Below, piece after piece: positions 24,108 through 34,189 of a stretch of DNA of 64,000 nt. The position numbers and the translations under genes are program-made. The number at the start of each line of letters is the position of its first letter. The first letter of the stretch is position 1. Source of the DNA: Azolla caroliniana (lineage: Eukaryota; Plantae; Polypodiophyta). The notes under the pieces were generated by a model that was not told the origin of the DNA, made no database searches, and saw only the letters and a list, made by a program, of their open reading frames with translations. The stretch is taken from positions 54,670 through 118,669 of the forward strand of contig JBHGNT010000074.1 of assembly GCA_043228905.1 (NCBI GenBank), written 5' to 3'.

Positions 24108-26224
24108 TCTCGGTTTTCGGAACCGAGGGAGTCGCGGTTACGTTCGTGGTTCGGCCGTACCGTCAGAAACTGGACCGAATGGCGCCCGTCTTGGCTTTTG
24201 ACCCTCGCGTAGGCCGAACCATTGTCCAACACCTTGGTCTCCATCCGCGCCGCCGTGATGTACGGCTCTCCCAGTATGACCGGATGCGAAGACGTCTCCT
24301 GGACGAAGAAGTGCTGGTCAATCTCGACGTCGCCGATCTTGACTCGCACATTCGGACAGGCCCCGTGCAGTTCCTCGGTGGCGCGCGTTGCTGCCCTTAT
24401 TTTCCACCCGTGCTTGGTGTTGATCGGCCATTTGCCCTTCTTATAGAAGTCCATGGACATCAAATTGATCTCCGATCCGTGGTCCACCAAAGCTATCACC
24501 GGTTCCTGGACATCGCCGATCTTCACCGGGGTTTCCGTGGTCGCTCGGGCCCAGTGTGGTCTCGAATAGTGGCTTTCCGCCCACTCGTCTCCCAGCGCCA
24601 TGTCGTCTAGGTGCGTTGTCCGCACTTCCACCGGTCTTTCCGGTTCGGTCTCCGTTGACAGCCTCTTCCGTTTCACCAAGTCCACGATGGAGTCGTGGAA
24701 CTCTTTCTTGGCGATTCCCAGCACCTCTCGTAACGACAGCTCCACCTTGCTGTCGAGGATTCGTTCCTCCAGGACCTTTCGTAAGTCCGTGGTCCTTTCT
24801 ATCTCCGTCCCCAGACGGTACCCGCCCTTCTGGGGTTTATCTTGCGTACCGGCCCCGCCGGCTTCGTCCCGTCGCGGCCCGGACCGGGTCTCGTATCGTT
24901 GTGAGGGCCCGATCGTCCCGGGTTTCCCCACCCGCTTCTCTTCTACCAGAGCCTCGTAGTTCTGGCAAGCGGCTTCCACGAAGCCCGTCTTTTCCTCGAC
25001 CGGGTCGCTCCACCCGGTCATCTCCCGTACCCGTTTCTCCGCACGGTCCGATTCCTCCCCTCTAAGCCCTGCACCGGCAAGGCCTTCTAGCATCGTCGGC
25101 CAGAATCCGGCTTTGCTTTCCTTTCGGCCCTCGCCGCCCCCGACTCGAATGCCGGCCGACGCCGAGTAGTGGACGGTTTCCGCGTGTCGGGCCGCCGCCT
25201 CTTCCATCAACCTTTTCATACCACCACGCCCGTCGTTTCGGCTCAGGGCCCTTCGGGTGTCGCTGGCATGCACCCGTCCTTCCCACAGGTACACCACCCT
25301 GTTCCTCAGCGCCTCCGCGAAGTCGCCGCAGTCCTTCCGAATGTGGCCGACTTCGTCGCACCACATGCACCTGTTTCCTGCCGCCGGCCGTCGGTCACGA
25401 GCCGGTTCGCCTCCTTCCCTTCGGGCCTGCGCGATTTGGAGGTCCTTTATCGCCTTCGTCAATTCCTCCAGCGCCGCTCCTCCGGTTGAGCCTCTGACTA
25501 CGCCGGTCGAAGCCGAACCCGTTTCCAACCATTCTCGGGTCTCTTCCTTTCGCACCTGTGGCGCTGGTTCGAGTTTCCTTGCTGCGACCGAGCCCGACCC
25601 GGTTGCCCCGTTATCCGCCCATTCTCGCCGTTTGTCGAAACGGCCACAGACCTTCCTGACAGCCGCCCAGTCGGTAGTGAGCCCGTCTTCGGTTTCCAGC
25701 AAGAGGCCCACTTGCTCCCGATCCCGCTCGTCGACCGTCTTGACAAACAGTAAGACCCGGCTCGTGTCCAGGATGGTACGGTCGAGCGCCGAAAGGCGCG
25801 CAAAGTTTTCCTCGAACTCCCGGAGGAGTGCCGACGCGTTTCTTCCCTTCCCCGGGGATTCCACCCATTCCATGAACCTTCGCTTCGAAAGCCGGAGCGC
25901 GTCGTCCAGCCCGTATTTCTCTAGGAGACGACCTTCGAACTCTTCCCAGGTACGGCTCTCCGCCCGCACCTCGAGCACCTCCGCATGGATGCTCGGCATC
26001 GCCACTCGGGGAAATCCGGCAAGACGCCTTTCTTCCGGAATGTCCCGCATCAGCATTTCTGCACCGTAGGACGCCAGATACTTCGTGGCATCCCTCCCAT
26101 CGAACCGGCCGATCGTGCCGACGACCGCCTCAATAGCTCTGTCGAGGGCACCGGTGCCCTCGCGCGCGTTTACAATCCGATCCACGGCCGAAGCCATGGC
26201 CTCTGCAAGATCCGACCCCCTCAT
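24098..26224 (-). CDS. gag: Gag-protease polyprotein (ORF1)
   Basis: CCHC zinc knuckle CMWCDEVGHIRKDC (25328..25369); retropepsin-like ALVDHGSEINLM (DHG at 24476..24484) and VILGEPY. The ORF track starts at a GTG inside the PBS (26251); the first ATG is at 26224. Confidence 0.92.
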   Translation of the reverse strand: MRGSDLAEAMASAVDRIVNAREGTGALDRAIEAVVGTIGRFDGRDATKYLASYGAEMLMRDIPEERRLAGFPRVAMPSIHAEVLEVRAESRTWEEFEGRLLEKYGLDDALRLSKRRFMEWVESPGKGRNASALLREFEENFARLSALDRTILDTSRVLLFVKTVDERDREQVGLLLETEDGLTTDWAAVRKVCGRFDKRREWADNGATGSGSVAARKLEPAPQVRKEETREWLETGSASTGVVRGSTGGAALEELTKAIKDLQIAQARREGGEPARDRRPAAGNRCMWCDEVGHIRKDCGDFAEALRNRVVYLWEGRVHASDTRRALSRNDGRGGMKRLMEEAAARHAETVHYSASAGIRVGGGEGRKESKAGFWPTMLEGLAGAGLRGEESDRAEKRVREMTGWSDPVEEKTGFVEAACQNYEALVEEKRVGKPGTIGPSQRYETRSGPRRDEAGGAGTQDKPQKGGYRLGTEIERTTDLRKVLEERILDSKVELSLREVLGIAKKEFHDSIVDLVKRKRLSTETEPERPVEVRTTHLDDMALGDEWAESHYSRPHWARATTETPVKIGDVQEPVIALVDHGSEINLMSMDFYKKGKWPINTKHGWKIRAATRATEELHGACPNVRVKIGDVEIDQHFFVQETSSHPVILGEPYITAARMETKVLDNGSAYARVKSQDGRHSVQFLTVRPNHERNRDSLGSENREDF

Positions 26225-26246
26225 CTTCTGCTCTTCTGCCGCCTCC

Positions 26247-26264
26247 TTCACGTCGGGTTCACCA
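26247..26264 (-). other. Primer-binding site complementary to tRNA-Trp
   Basis: Minus strand TGGTGAACCCGACGTGAA, 4 nt after the 5' LTR. The + strand TTCACGTCGGGTTCACCA matches the 3' end of plant cytosolic tRNA-Trp(CCA) as I recall it, and is close to the avian sarcoma-leukosis virus Trp PBS TGGTGACCCCGACGTGAT. Confidence 0.88.
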
Positions 26265-26268
26265 AAGA

Positions 26269-27059
26269 TGTCAAGTTATTACGCAAGTGCGTATGGAAAC
26301 GAGGCGGGACCGCGGGGGTCTCGAACCAAAGAGCAAGCGAGGGAGGAGAAAGAGAGACAACCGGCTGCGCAGGACCGGGGACACACCGGGACACGGCCCT
26401 TCAGCACGGAGAACGCGAACGATCCCCGACACAGACAGATGCGAATGACTAAATGTGTATATTGACAAAAACGGCTAACACGACTACAACCCTCGATGGG
26501 GCACAGGTTGGTTACACCCGAACAGGCCGGCGAACAGATGCCGATGCCTGTTCGCTTCGACGCACAAAGGGCAGCAGGTCGGAGGTGCTGCCGGAAGCAC
26601 TCGGGCTTTCCTCGAAACAGCGCGAGCCTCCTAGGAACCCTGCGCAGAAAGCTATGGAGCTCAAGAAGGAAGGAAACAGAGAGAGAAGCGTCCAGAAACG
26701 GTCCGACAGCACTTCGTCCTCCCTGTGCGAGATGTCTGCAATAGTTCTTTCCTGCTCCTTATATAGGCCGACGAGCAGGCCGTCACGTCAGCTTTATTCC
26801 CTGTCCCTTTTGGACAGGGATTCGCTTCGTCCTTCACGCATCCGCGTAGTTACGCCGCCGACTCGTACGGTTCCTTCGCTCGCGCGCGCGACCGAAAAGA
26901 CTGTTCGCGCGGTCTTTGTCTCCACTTGTGTTAGGGCCCGTTCCCGCCGATTATCCTCCTCCTTCGCTTCTATGTACAACTCGAAGCGTGCGCGCGTGAA
27001 GAACCGGCTCCCACGCCTTGGTGCGCCGATTCCGCCTATGGACGGTTTTCTTCACGACA
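26269..27059 (-). repeat. 5' LTR (791 bp)
   Basis: Direct repeat of 19757..20547 with 4 substitutions seen; followed on the minus strand by the PBS and gag. Confidence 0.97.
26759..26790 (-). promoter_or_regulatory. Probable LTR promoter: TATA box and upstream TGACGT (bZIP-type) motif
   Basis: Minus strand cc-TATATAA-gg at 26765..26759, about 295 nt into the LTR; TGACGTGA at 26790..26783. The same motifs occur in the 3' LTR at 20247..20278. Confidence 0.65.
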
Positions 27060-27063
27060 GCGC
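27060..27063. other. Target-site duplication, right copy (GCGC)
   Basis: Immediately follows the LTR end ...cacgaca; matches 19753..19756. Confidence 0.93.
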
Positions 27064-29523
27064 GTGAGTATATTAAAATGTTCATACCTGGCCTATGTGA
27101 TATCGGATTTTCGTGTTCAAAGATGTGAATCGAAGCTAACAACGTTATCTATGAATTTGAATTAAAAAATCAATATTTTGAAAATCAAGTCGATAGACAT
27201 GAAGAAATTCGCAAGTTAGAGGAGGGAGTTGAGAAGAGCCCGTGAGTAATTTAAAATGTTCATACCTGGCCCATGTGATATCGGATTTCTATGTTCAAAG
27301 ATGCGAATCGAAGGTAACAACGCTAGCTCTGATATGGAATTAAAAAATAAAGATTTTGAAACTCAGATCGATAGACATGAAGAAATTACCAAATTTGAGG
27401 AGGGAGTTGAGAAGAGCCCGTGAGTAATTTAAAATGTTCATACCTGGCCCAGGTGATATCGGATTTTAGTGTTCAAAGATGTGAATCGAAGCTAACAACG
27501 CTAGCTCTGATATGGAATTAAAAACTCAAGATTTTGAAACTCAGATCGACAGACATGAAGAAATTACCAAATTAGAGGAGGGAGTTGAGAAGAGCGCGTC
27601 AGTATATTAAAATCTTCATACCTGGCCCATGTGATATCGGATTATAGTGTTCAAAGATGCGAATCGAAGGTAACAACACTAGCTATGATATGGAATTCAA
27701 AAATCAAGATCTTGAAACTCATGTCGAGAGACATGAAGAAATGCTCAAGTTAGAGGAGGGAGTTGAGAAGAGCCCATGAATAAATTAAAATGTTCGTACC
27801 TGGCCCATGTGATATCGGATTTTAGTGTTCAAACATACGAATCGAAGCTAACAATGCTAGCTCTGATATGGAATTAAAAAATCAAGATTTTGAAACTCAG
27901 ATCGACAAACATGAAGAAATTACCAAATTTGAGGAGGGAGTTGGGAAGAGCAGGTCAATAAATTAAAATATTCATACCTGGCTCGGGTGATCCCGGATTT
28001 TAGTGTTCAAAGATGCGAATCGAAGCTAACAACACTAGCTATGATATAAAATTAAAAAATCAAGATTTTGAAACTCAAGTCGAGAGACATGAAGAAATTC
28101 GCAAGTTAGAGGAGGGAGTTGAGAAGAGCCCGTGAGTAATTTAAAATGTTCATACCTGGTCCATGTGATATCGGATTTTAGTCTTCAAACATGCGAATCG
28201 AAGCTAATAACGGTACCTATAATATGGAATTAAAAAATGTGGATTTTAAAACTCAGATCAACAGACATGAAGAAATTACCAAATTTGAGGAGGGAGTTGA
28301 GAAGAGCGCGTGAGTATATTAAAATATTCATACCTGGCTCGGGTGATCCCGGATTTTAGTGTTCAAAGATGCGAATCGAAGCTAAAAACACTAGCTATGA
28401 TATGGAATTAAAAAATGTAGATTTTAAAACTCAAGTCGAGAGACATGAAGAAATTCGCAAGTTAGAGGAGGGAGTTGAGAAGAGCCCATGAGTAAATTAA
28501 AATGTTCATACCTGGTCCATGTGATATCGGATTTCTATGTTCAAAGATGCGAATCGAAGGTAACAACGATAGCTCTGAAATGGACTTAAGAAATCAAAAT
28601 TTTGAAACTCAGATCGATAGACATGAAGAAATTACCAAATTAGAGGAGGGAGTTGAGAAGAGCGCGTAAGTATATTAAAATGTTCATACCTGGCCTATGT
28701 GATATCGGATTTTCGTGTTCAAAGATGCGAATCGAAGCTAACAACGTTATCTATGAATTTGAATTAAAAAATCAATATTTTGAAAATCAAGTCGATAGAC
28801 ATGAAGAAATTCGCAAGTTAGAGGAGGGAGTTGAGAAGAGCCCGTGAGTAATTTAAAATGTTCATACCTGGCCCATGTGATATCGGATTTCTATGTTCAA
28901 AGATGCGAATCGAAGGTAACAACGCTAGCTCTGATATGGAATTAAAAAATAAAGATTTTGAAACTCAGATCGATAGACATGAAGAAATTACCAAATTTGA
29001 GGAGGGAGTTGAGAAGAGCCCGTGAGTAATTTAAAATGTTCATACCTGGCCCAGGTGATATCGGATTTTAGTGTTCAAAGATGTGAATCGAAGCTAACAA
29101 CGCTAGCTCTGATATGGAATTAAAAACTCAAGATTTTGAAACTCAGATCGACAGACATGAAGAAATTACCAAATTAGAGGAGGGAGTTGAGAAGAGCGCG
29201 TCAGTATATTAAAATCTTCATACCTGGCCCATGTGATATCGGATTATAGTGTTCAAAGATGCGAATCGAAGGTAACAACACTAGCTATGATATGGAATTC
29301 AAAAATCAAGATCTTGAAACTCATGTCGAGAGACATGAAGAAATGCTCAAGTTAGAGGAGGGAGTTGAGAAGAGCCCATGAATAAATTAAAATGTTCGTA
29401 CCTGGCCCATGTGATATCGGATTTTAGTGTTCAAACATACGAATCGAAGCTAACAATGCTAGCTCTGATATGGAATTAAAAAATCAAGATTTTGAAACTC
29501 AGATCGACAGACATGAAGAAATT
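27064..29523 (+). repeat. 9-mer higher-order repeat, about 1.5 units right of the insertion
   Basis: Same ordered monomer variants as 10810..19756; pseudo-ORF copy at 28653. Confidence 0.93.
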
Positions 29524-30639
29524 CGCAAGTTAGAGGAGGGAGTTGAGAAGAGCCCGTGAGTAAATTAAAATGTTCATACCTGGCCCATGTGATATCGGAT
29601 TTTAGTGTTCAAAGATGCGAATCGAAGGTAACATCGCTAGCTCTGATATGAAATTAAAAAATCAAGATTTTGAAACTCAGATCGACAGACATGAGGAAAT
29701 TACCAAATTAGAGGAGGGAGTTGAGAAGAGCCCGTGAGTAAATTAAAATGTTCATACCTAGCCCATGTGATATCGGATTTTAGTGTTCAAAGATGGGAAT
29801 CGAAGGTAACAACGCTGGCTCTGATATGGAATTAAAAAATCAAGATTTTGAATCTCAGATCAACTGACATGAACAAATATCCAAATTAGAGGAGGGAGTT
29901 GAGAAGAGCGCGTCAGTATATTAAAATCTTCATACCTGGCCCATGTGATATCGGATTTTAGTGTTCAAAGATACAAATCGAAGCTAACAACGCTATCTAT
30001 GATATGGAATTAAAAAATCAAGATCTTGAAACTCATGTCGAGAGACATAAAGAAATGCTCAAGTTAGAGGAGGGAGTTGAGAAGAGCCCGTGAGTAAATT
30101 AAAATGTTCATACCTGGCCCATGTGATATCGGATTTTAGTGTTCAAATATGCGAATCGAAGGTAACAACGCTAGCTCTGATATGAAATTAAAAAATCAAG
30201 ATTTTGAAACTCAGATCGACAGACATGAGGAAATTACCAAATTAGAGGAGGGAGTTGAGAAGAGCGTATCAGTATATTAAAATCTTCATACCTGGCCCAT
30301 GTGATATCGGATTTTAGTGTTCAAAGATGCGAATCGAACGTAACAACACTAGCTATGATATGGAATTAAAAAATCAAGATCTTGAAACTCATGTCGAGAG
30401 ACATGAAGAAATGCTCAAGTTAGAGGAGGGAGTTGAGAAGAGCCCGTGAGTAAATTAAAATGTTCATACCTGGCCCATGTGATATCGGATTTTTGTGTTC
30501 AAAGATGCGAATCAAAGCTAACAATACTAGCTATGATATGGAATTCTAAAATGTTGATTTTAAAACTCAAGTCGAGAGACATGAAGAAATTCGCAAGTTA
30601 GAGGAGGGAGTTGAGAAGAGCCCGTGAGTAAATTAAAAT

Positions 30640-31900
30640 GTTCATACCTGGCTCGGGTGATACCGGATTTTTGTCTTCAAAGATGCGAATCGAAGCTAAC
30701 AACACTAGCTATTATATGGAATTAAAAAATCAAGATTTTGAAACTCAAGTTGAGAGACATGAAGAAATTCGCAGGTTAGAGGAGGCAGTTGAAAAGAGCC
30801 CATGAGTAAATTAAAATGTTCATACCTGGCCCATGTGATATCGGATTTTTGTGTTCAAAGATGCGAATCAAAGCTAACAACACTAGCTATGATATGGAAT
30901 TCTAAAATGTAGATTTTAAAACTCAAGTCGAGAGACATGAAGAAATTCGCAAGTTAGAGGAGGGAGTTGAGAAGAGCCCGTGATTAATTTAAAATGTTCA
31001 TACCTGGCCCATGTGATATCGGATTTTAGTGTTCAAACATGTGAATCGAAGCTAACAATACTAGCTATGATATGGAATTCTAAAATGTTGATTTTAAAAC
31101 TCAAGTCGAGAGACATGAAGAAATTCGCAAGTTAGAGGAGGGAGTTGAGAAGAGCCCATGAGTAAATTAAAATGTTCATACCTGGCTCGGGTGATACCGG
31201 ATTTTTGTGTTCAAAGATGCGAATCGAAGCTAACAACACTAGCTATTATATGGAATTAAAAAATCAAGATTTTGAAACTCAAGTTGAGAGACATGAAGAA
31301 ATTCGCAGGTTAGAGGAGGCAGTTGAAAAGAGCCCATGAGTAAATTAAAATGTTCATACCTGGCCCATGTGATATCGGATTTTAGTGTTCAAGGATGCAA
31401 ATCGAAGCTAACAACGCTATCTATGAATTTGAATTAAAAAATCAAGATTTTGAAACTCAAGTCGATATACATGAAAAAATTCGCAAGTTAGAGGAGGGAG
31501 TTGAGAAGAGCCCGTGAATAATTCAAAATGTTTATACCTGGCCCATATGATATCGGATTTTAGAGTTCAAAGATGCGAATCGAAGCTAACAACGCTAGCT
31601 CTGATATGGAATTAAAAAATGTAGATTTTAAAACTCAAGTCGAGAGACATGAAGAAATTCGCAAGTTAGAGGAGGGAGTTGAGAAGAGCCCATGAGTAAA
31701 TTAAAATGTTCATACCTGGCTCGGGTGATACCGGATTTTTGTGTTCAAAGATGCGAATCGAAGCTAACAACACTAGCTATTATATGGAATTAAAAAATCA
31801 AGATTTTGAAACTCAAGTTGAGAGACATGAAGAAATTCGCAGGTTAGAGGAGGCAGTTGAAAAGAGCCCATGAGTAAATTAAAATGTTCATACCTGGCCC
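30640..31900 (+). repeat. Local 3-mer (534-bp) periodicity
   Basis: The variant gcaggttagaggaggcagttgaaaagag recurs with gcagtt at 30785, 31319 and 31853. Confidence 0.75.
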
Positions 31901-34189
31901 ATGTGATATCGGAATTTAGTGTTCAAAGATGCGAATCGAAGGTAAGAACGCTAGCTTTGATATGGAATTAAGAAATCAAGATTTTGAAACTCAGATCGAC
32001 AGACATGAAGAAATTACCAAATTAGAGGAGGGCGTTGAGAAGAGCGCGTCAGTATGTTAAAATCTTCATACCTGGCCCATGTGATATCGGATTTTAGTGT
32101 TCAAAGATGAAAATCGAAGCTAACAACGCTATCTATGAATTTGAATTAAAAAATCAAGATTTTGAAGCTCAAGTCGATATACATGAAGAAATTCGCAAGT
32201 TAGAGGAGGCAGTTGAGAAGAGCCCGTGAATAATTCAAAATGTTCATACCTGGCCCATGTGATATCGGATTTTAGAGTTCAAAGATGCGAATCGAAGCTA
32301 ACAACGCTAGCTCTGATATGGAATTAAAAAATGTAGATTTTAAAACTCAAGTCGAGAGACATGAAGAAATTCGCAAGTTAGAGGAGGGAGTTGAGAAGAG
32401 CCCATGAGTAAATTAAAATGTTCATACCTGGCCCATGTGATATCGGATTTCTATGTTCAAAGATGTGAATCGAAGGTAACAACGCTAGCTTTGATATGGA
32501 ATTAAAAAATCAAGATTTTGAAACTCAGATCGACAGACATGAAGAAATTACCAAATTAGAGGAGGGAGTTGAGAAGAGCGCGTCAGTATGTTAAAATGTT
32601 CATACCTGGCCCATGTGATAACGGATTTTAGTGTCCAAAGATGCGAATCGAAGGTAACAACACTAGAGGAGGGAGTTGAAAAGAGCGCGTTATGTCGAGA
32701 GACATAAAGAAATTACCAAATTAGAGGAGGGAGTTGAAAAGAGCGCGTTAGTATACTAAAATGTTCATAACTGGCCCATGTGATATCGGATTTTAGTGTT
32801 CAAAGATGCAAATCGAAGCTAACAACGCTATCTATGAATTTGAATTAAGAAATCAAGATTTTGAAACTCAAGTCGATATACATGAAGAAATTCGCAAGTT
32901 AGAGGAGGGAGTTGAGAAGAGCCCGTGAATAATTCAAAATGTTCATACCTGGCCCATGTGATATCGGATTTTAGAGTTCAAAGATGCGAATCGAAGCTAA
33001 CAACGCTAGCTCTGATATGGAATTAAAAAATGTAGATTTTAAAACTCAAGTCGAGAGACATGAAGAAATTCGCAAGTTAGAGGAGGGAGTTGAGAAGAGC
33101 CCATGAGTAAATTAAAATGTTCATACCTGGCCCATGTGATATCGGATTTTAGTGTTCAAAGATGCGAATCGAAAGTAAACACACTAGCTATGATGTGGAA
33201 TTAAAAAATCAAGATCTTGAAACTCATGTCGAGAGACATGAAGAAATGCTCAAGTTAGAGGAGGGAGTTGAGAAGAGCCCGTGAGTAAATAAAAATGTTC
33301 ATACCTGGCCCATGTGATATCGGATTTTTGTGTTCAAAGATGCGAATCGAAGCTAACAACACTAGCTATGATATGGAATTAAAAAATGTAGATTTTAAAA
33401 CTCAAGTCGAGAGACATGAAGAAATTCAAAAGTTAGAGGAGGGAGTTGAGAAGAGCCCATGAGTAAATTAAAATGTTCGTACCTAGCCCATGTGATATCG
33501 GATTTTAGTGTTCAAACAAACATACGAATCGAAGCTAACAATGATAGCTCTGATATCGAATTAAAAAATCCAGATTTTGAAACTCAGATCGACAGACGTG
33601 AAGAAATTACCAAATTAGAGGAGGGAGTTGAGAAGAGCGCGTCAGTATATTAAAATCTTCATACCTGGGTCGGGTGATCCCAGAATTTTGTGTTCAAAGA
33701 TGCGAATCGAAGCTAACAACACTAGCTATGATATGGAATTAAAAAATCAAGATTTTGAAACTCAGATTGACAGACATGAAGAAATTACCAAATTTGAGGA
33801 GGGAGTTGAGAAGAGCGCGTCAGTATATTAAAATCTTCATACCTGGCTCGGGTGATCCCGGATTTTAGTGTTCAAAGATGCAAATCGAAACTAACAACAC
33901 TAGCTATGATATAAAATTAAAAAATCAAGATTTTGAAACTCAAGTCGAGAGACATGAAGAAATTCGCAAGTTAGAGGAGGGAGTTGAGAAGAGCCCGTGA
34001 GTAAATTAAAATGTTCATACCTGATCCATGTGATATCGGATTTTAGTGTTCAAAGATGCGAATCGAAGGTAACAACGCTAGCTCTGATATGGAATTAAAA
34101 AATCAAGATTTTGAAACTCAGATCGATAGACATGAGGAAATTACCAAATTAGAGGAGGGAGTTGAGAAGAGCGAGTCAGTATATTAAAA

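Larger units (their letters stand above)
19757..27059 (-). mobile_element. Full-length Ty3/gypsy (non-chromovirus) LTR retrotransposon, 7,303 bp
   Basis: Two 791-bp direct repeats with TG...CA ends, TSD, PBS, PPT, and domain order Gag-PR-RT-RNaseH-IN (gypsy order); GC-rich against the AT-rich satellite. Confidence 0.98.

Noticed and set aside
26247-26264. tRNA-Trp gene
   Set aside because: Only the 3' 18 nt including CCA are present, next to the LTR, so this is a PBS.
20593-26465. Long + strand and alternate-frame ORFs inside the element (e.g. 23392..24201, 25257..26069, 22351..23046)
   Set aside because: They are shadow frames of GC-rich gag/pol codons with no recognisable motifs and overlap well-supported ORFs.
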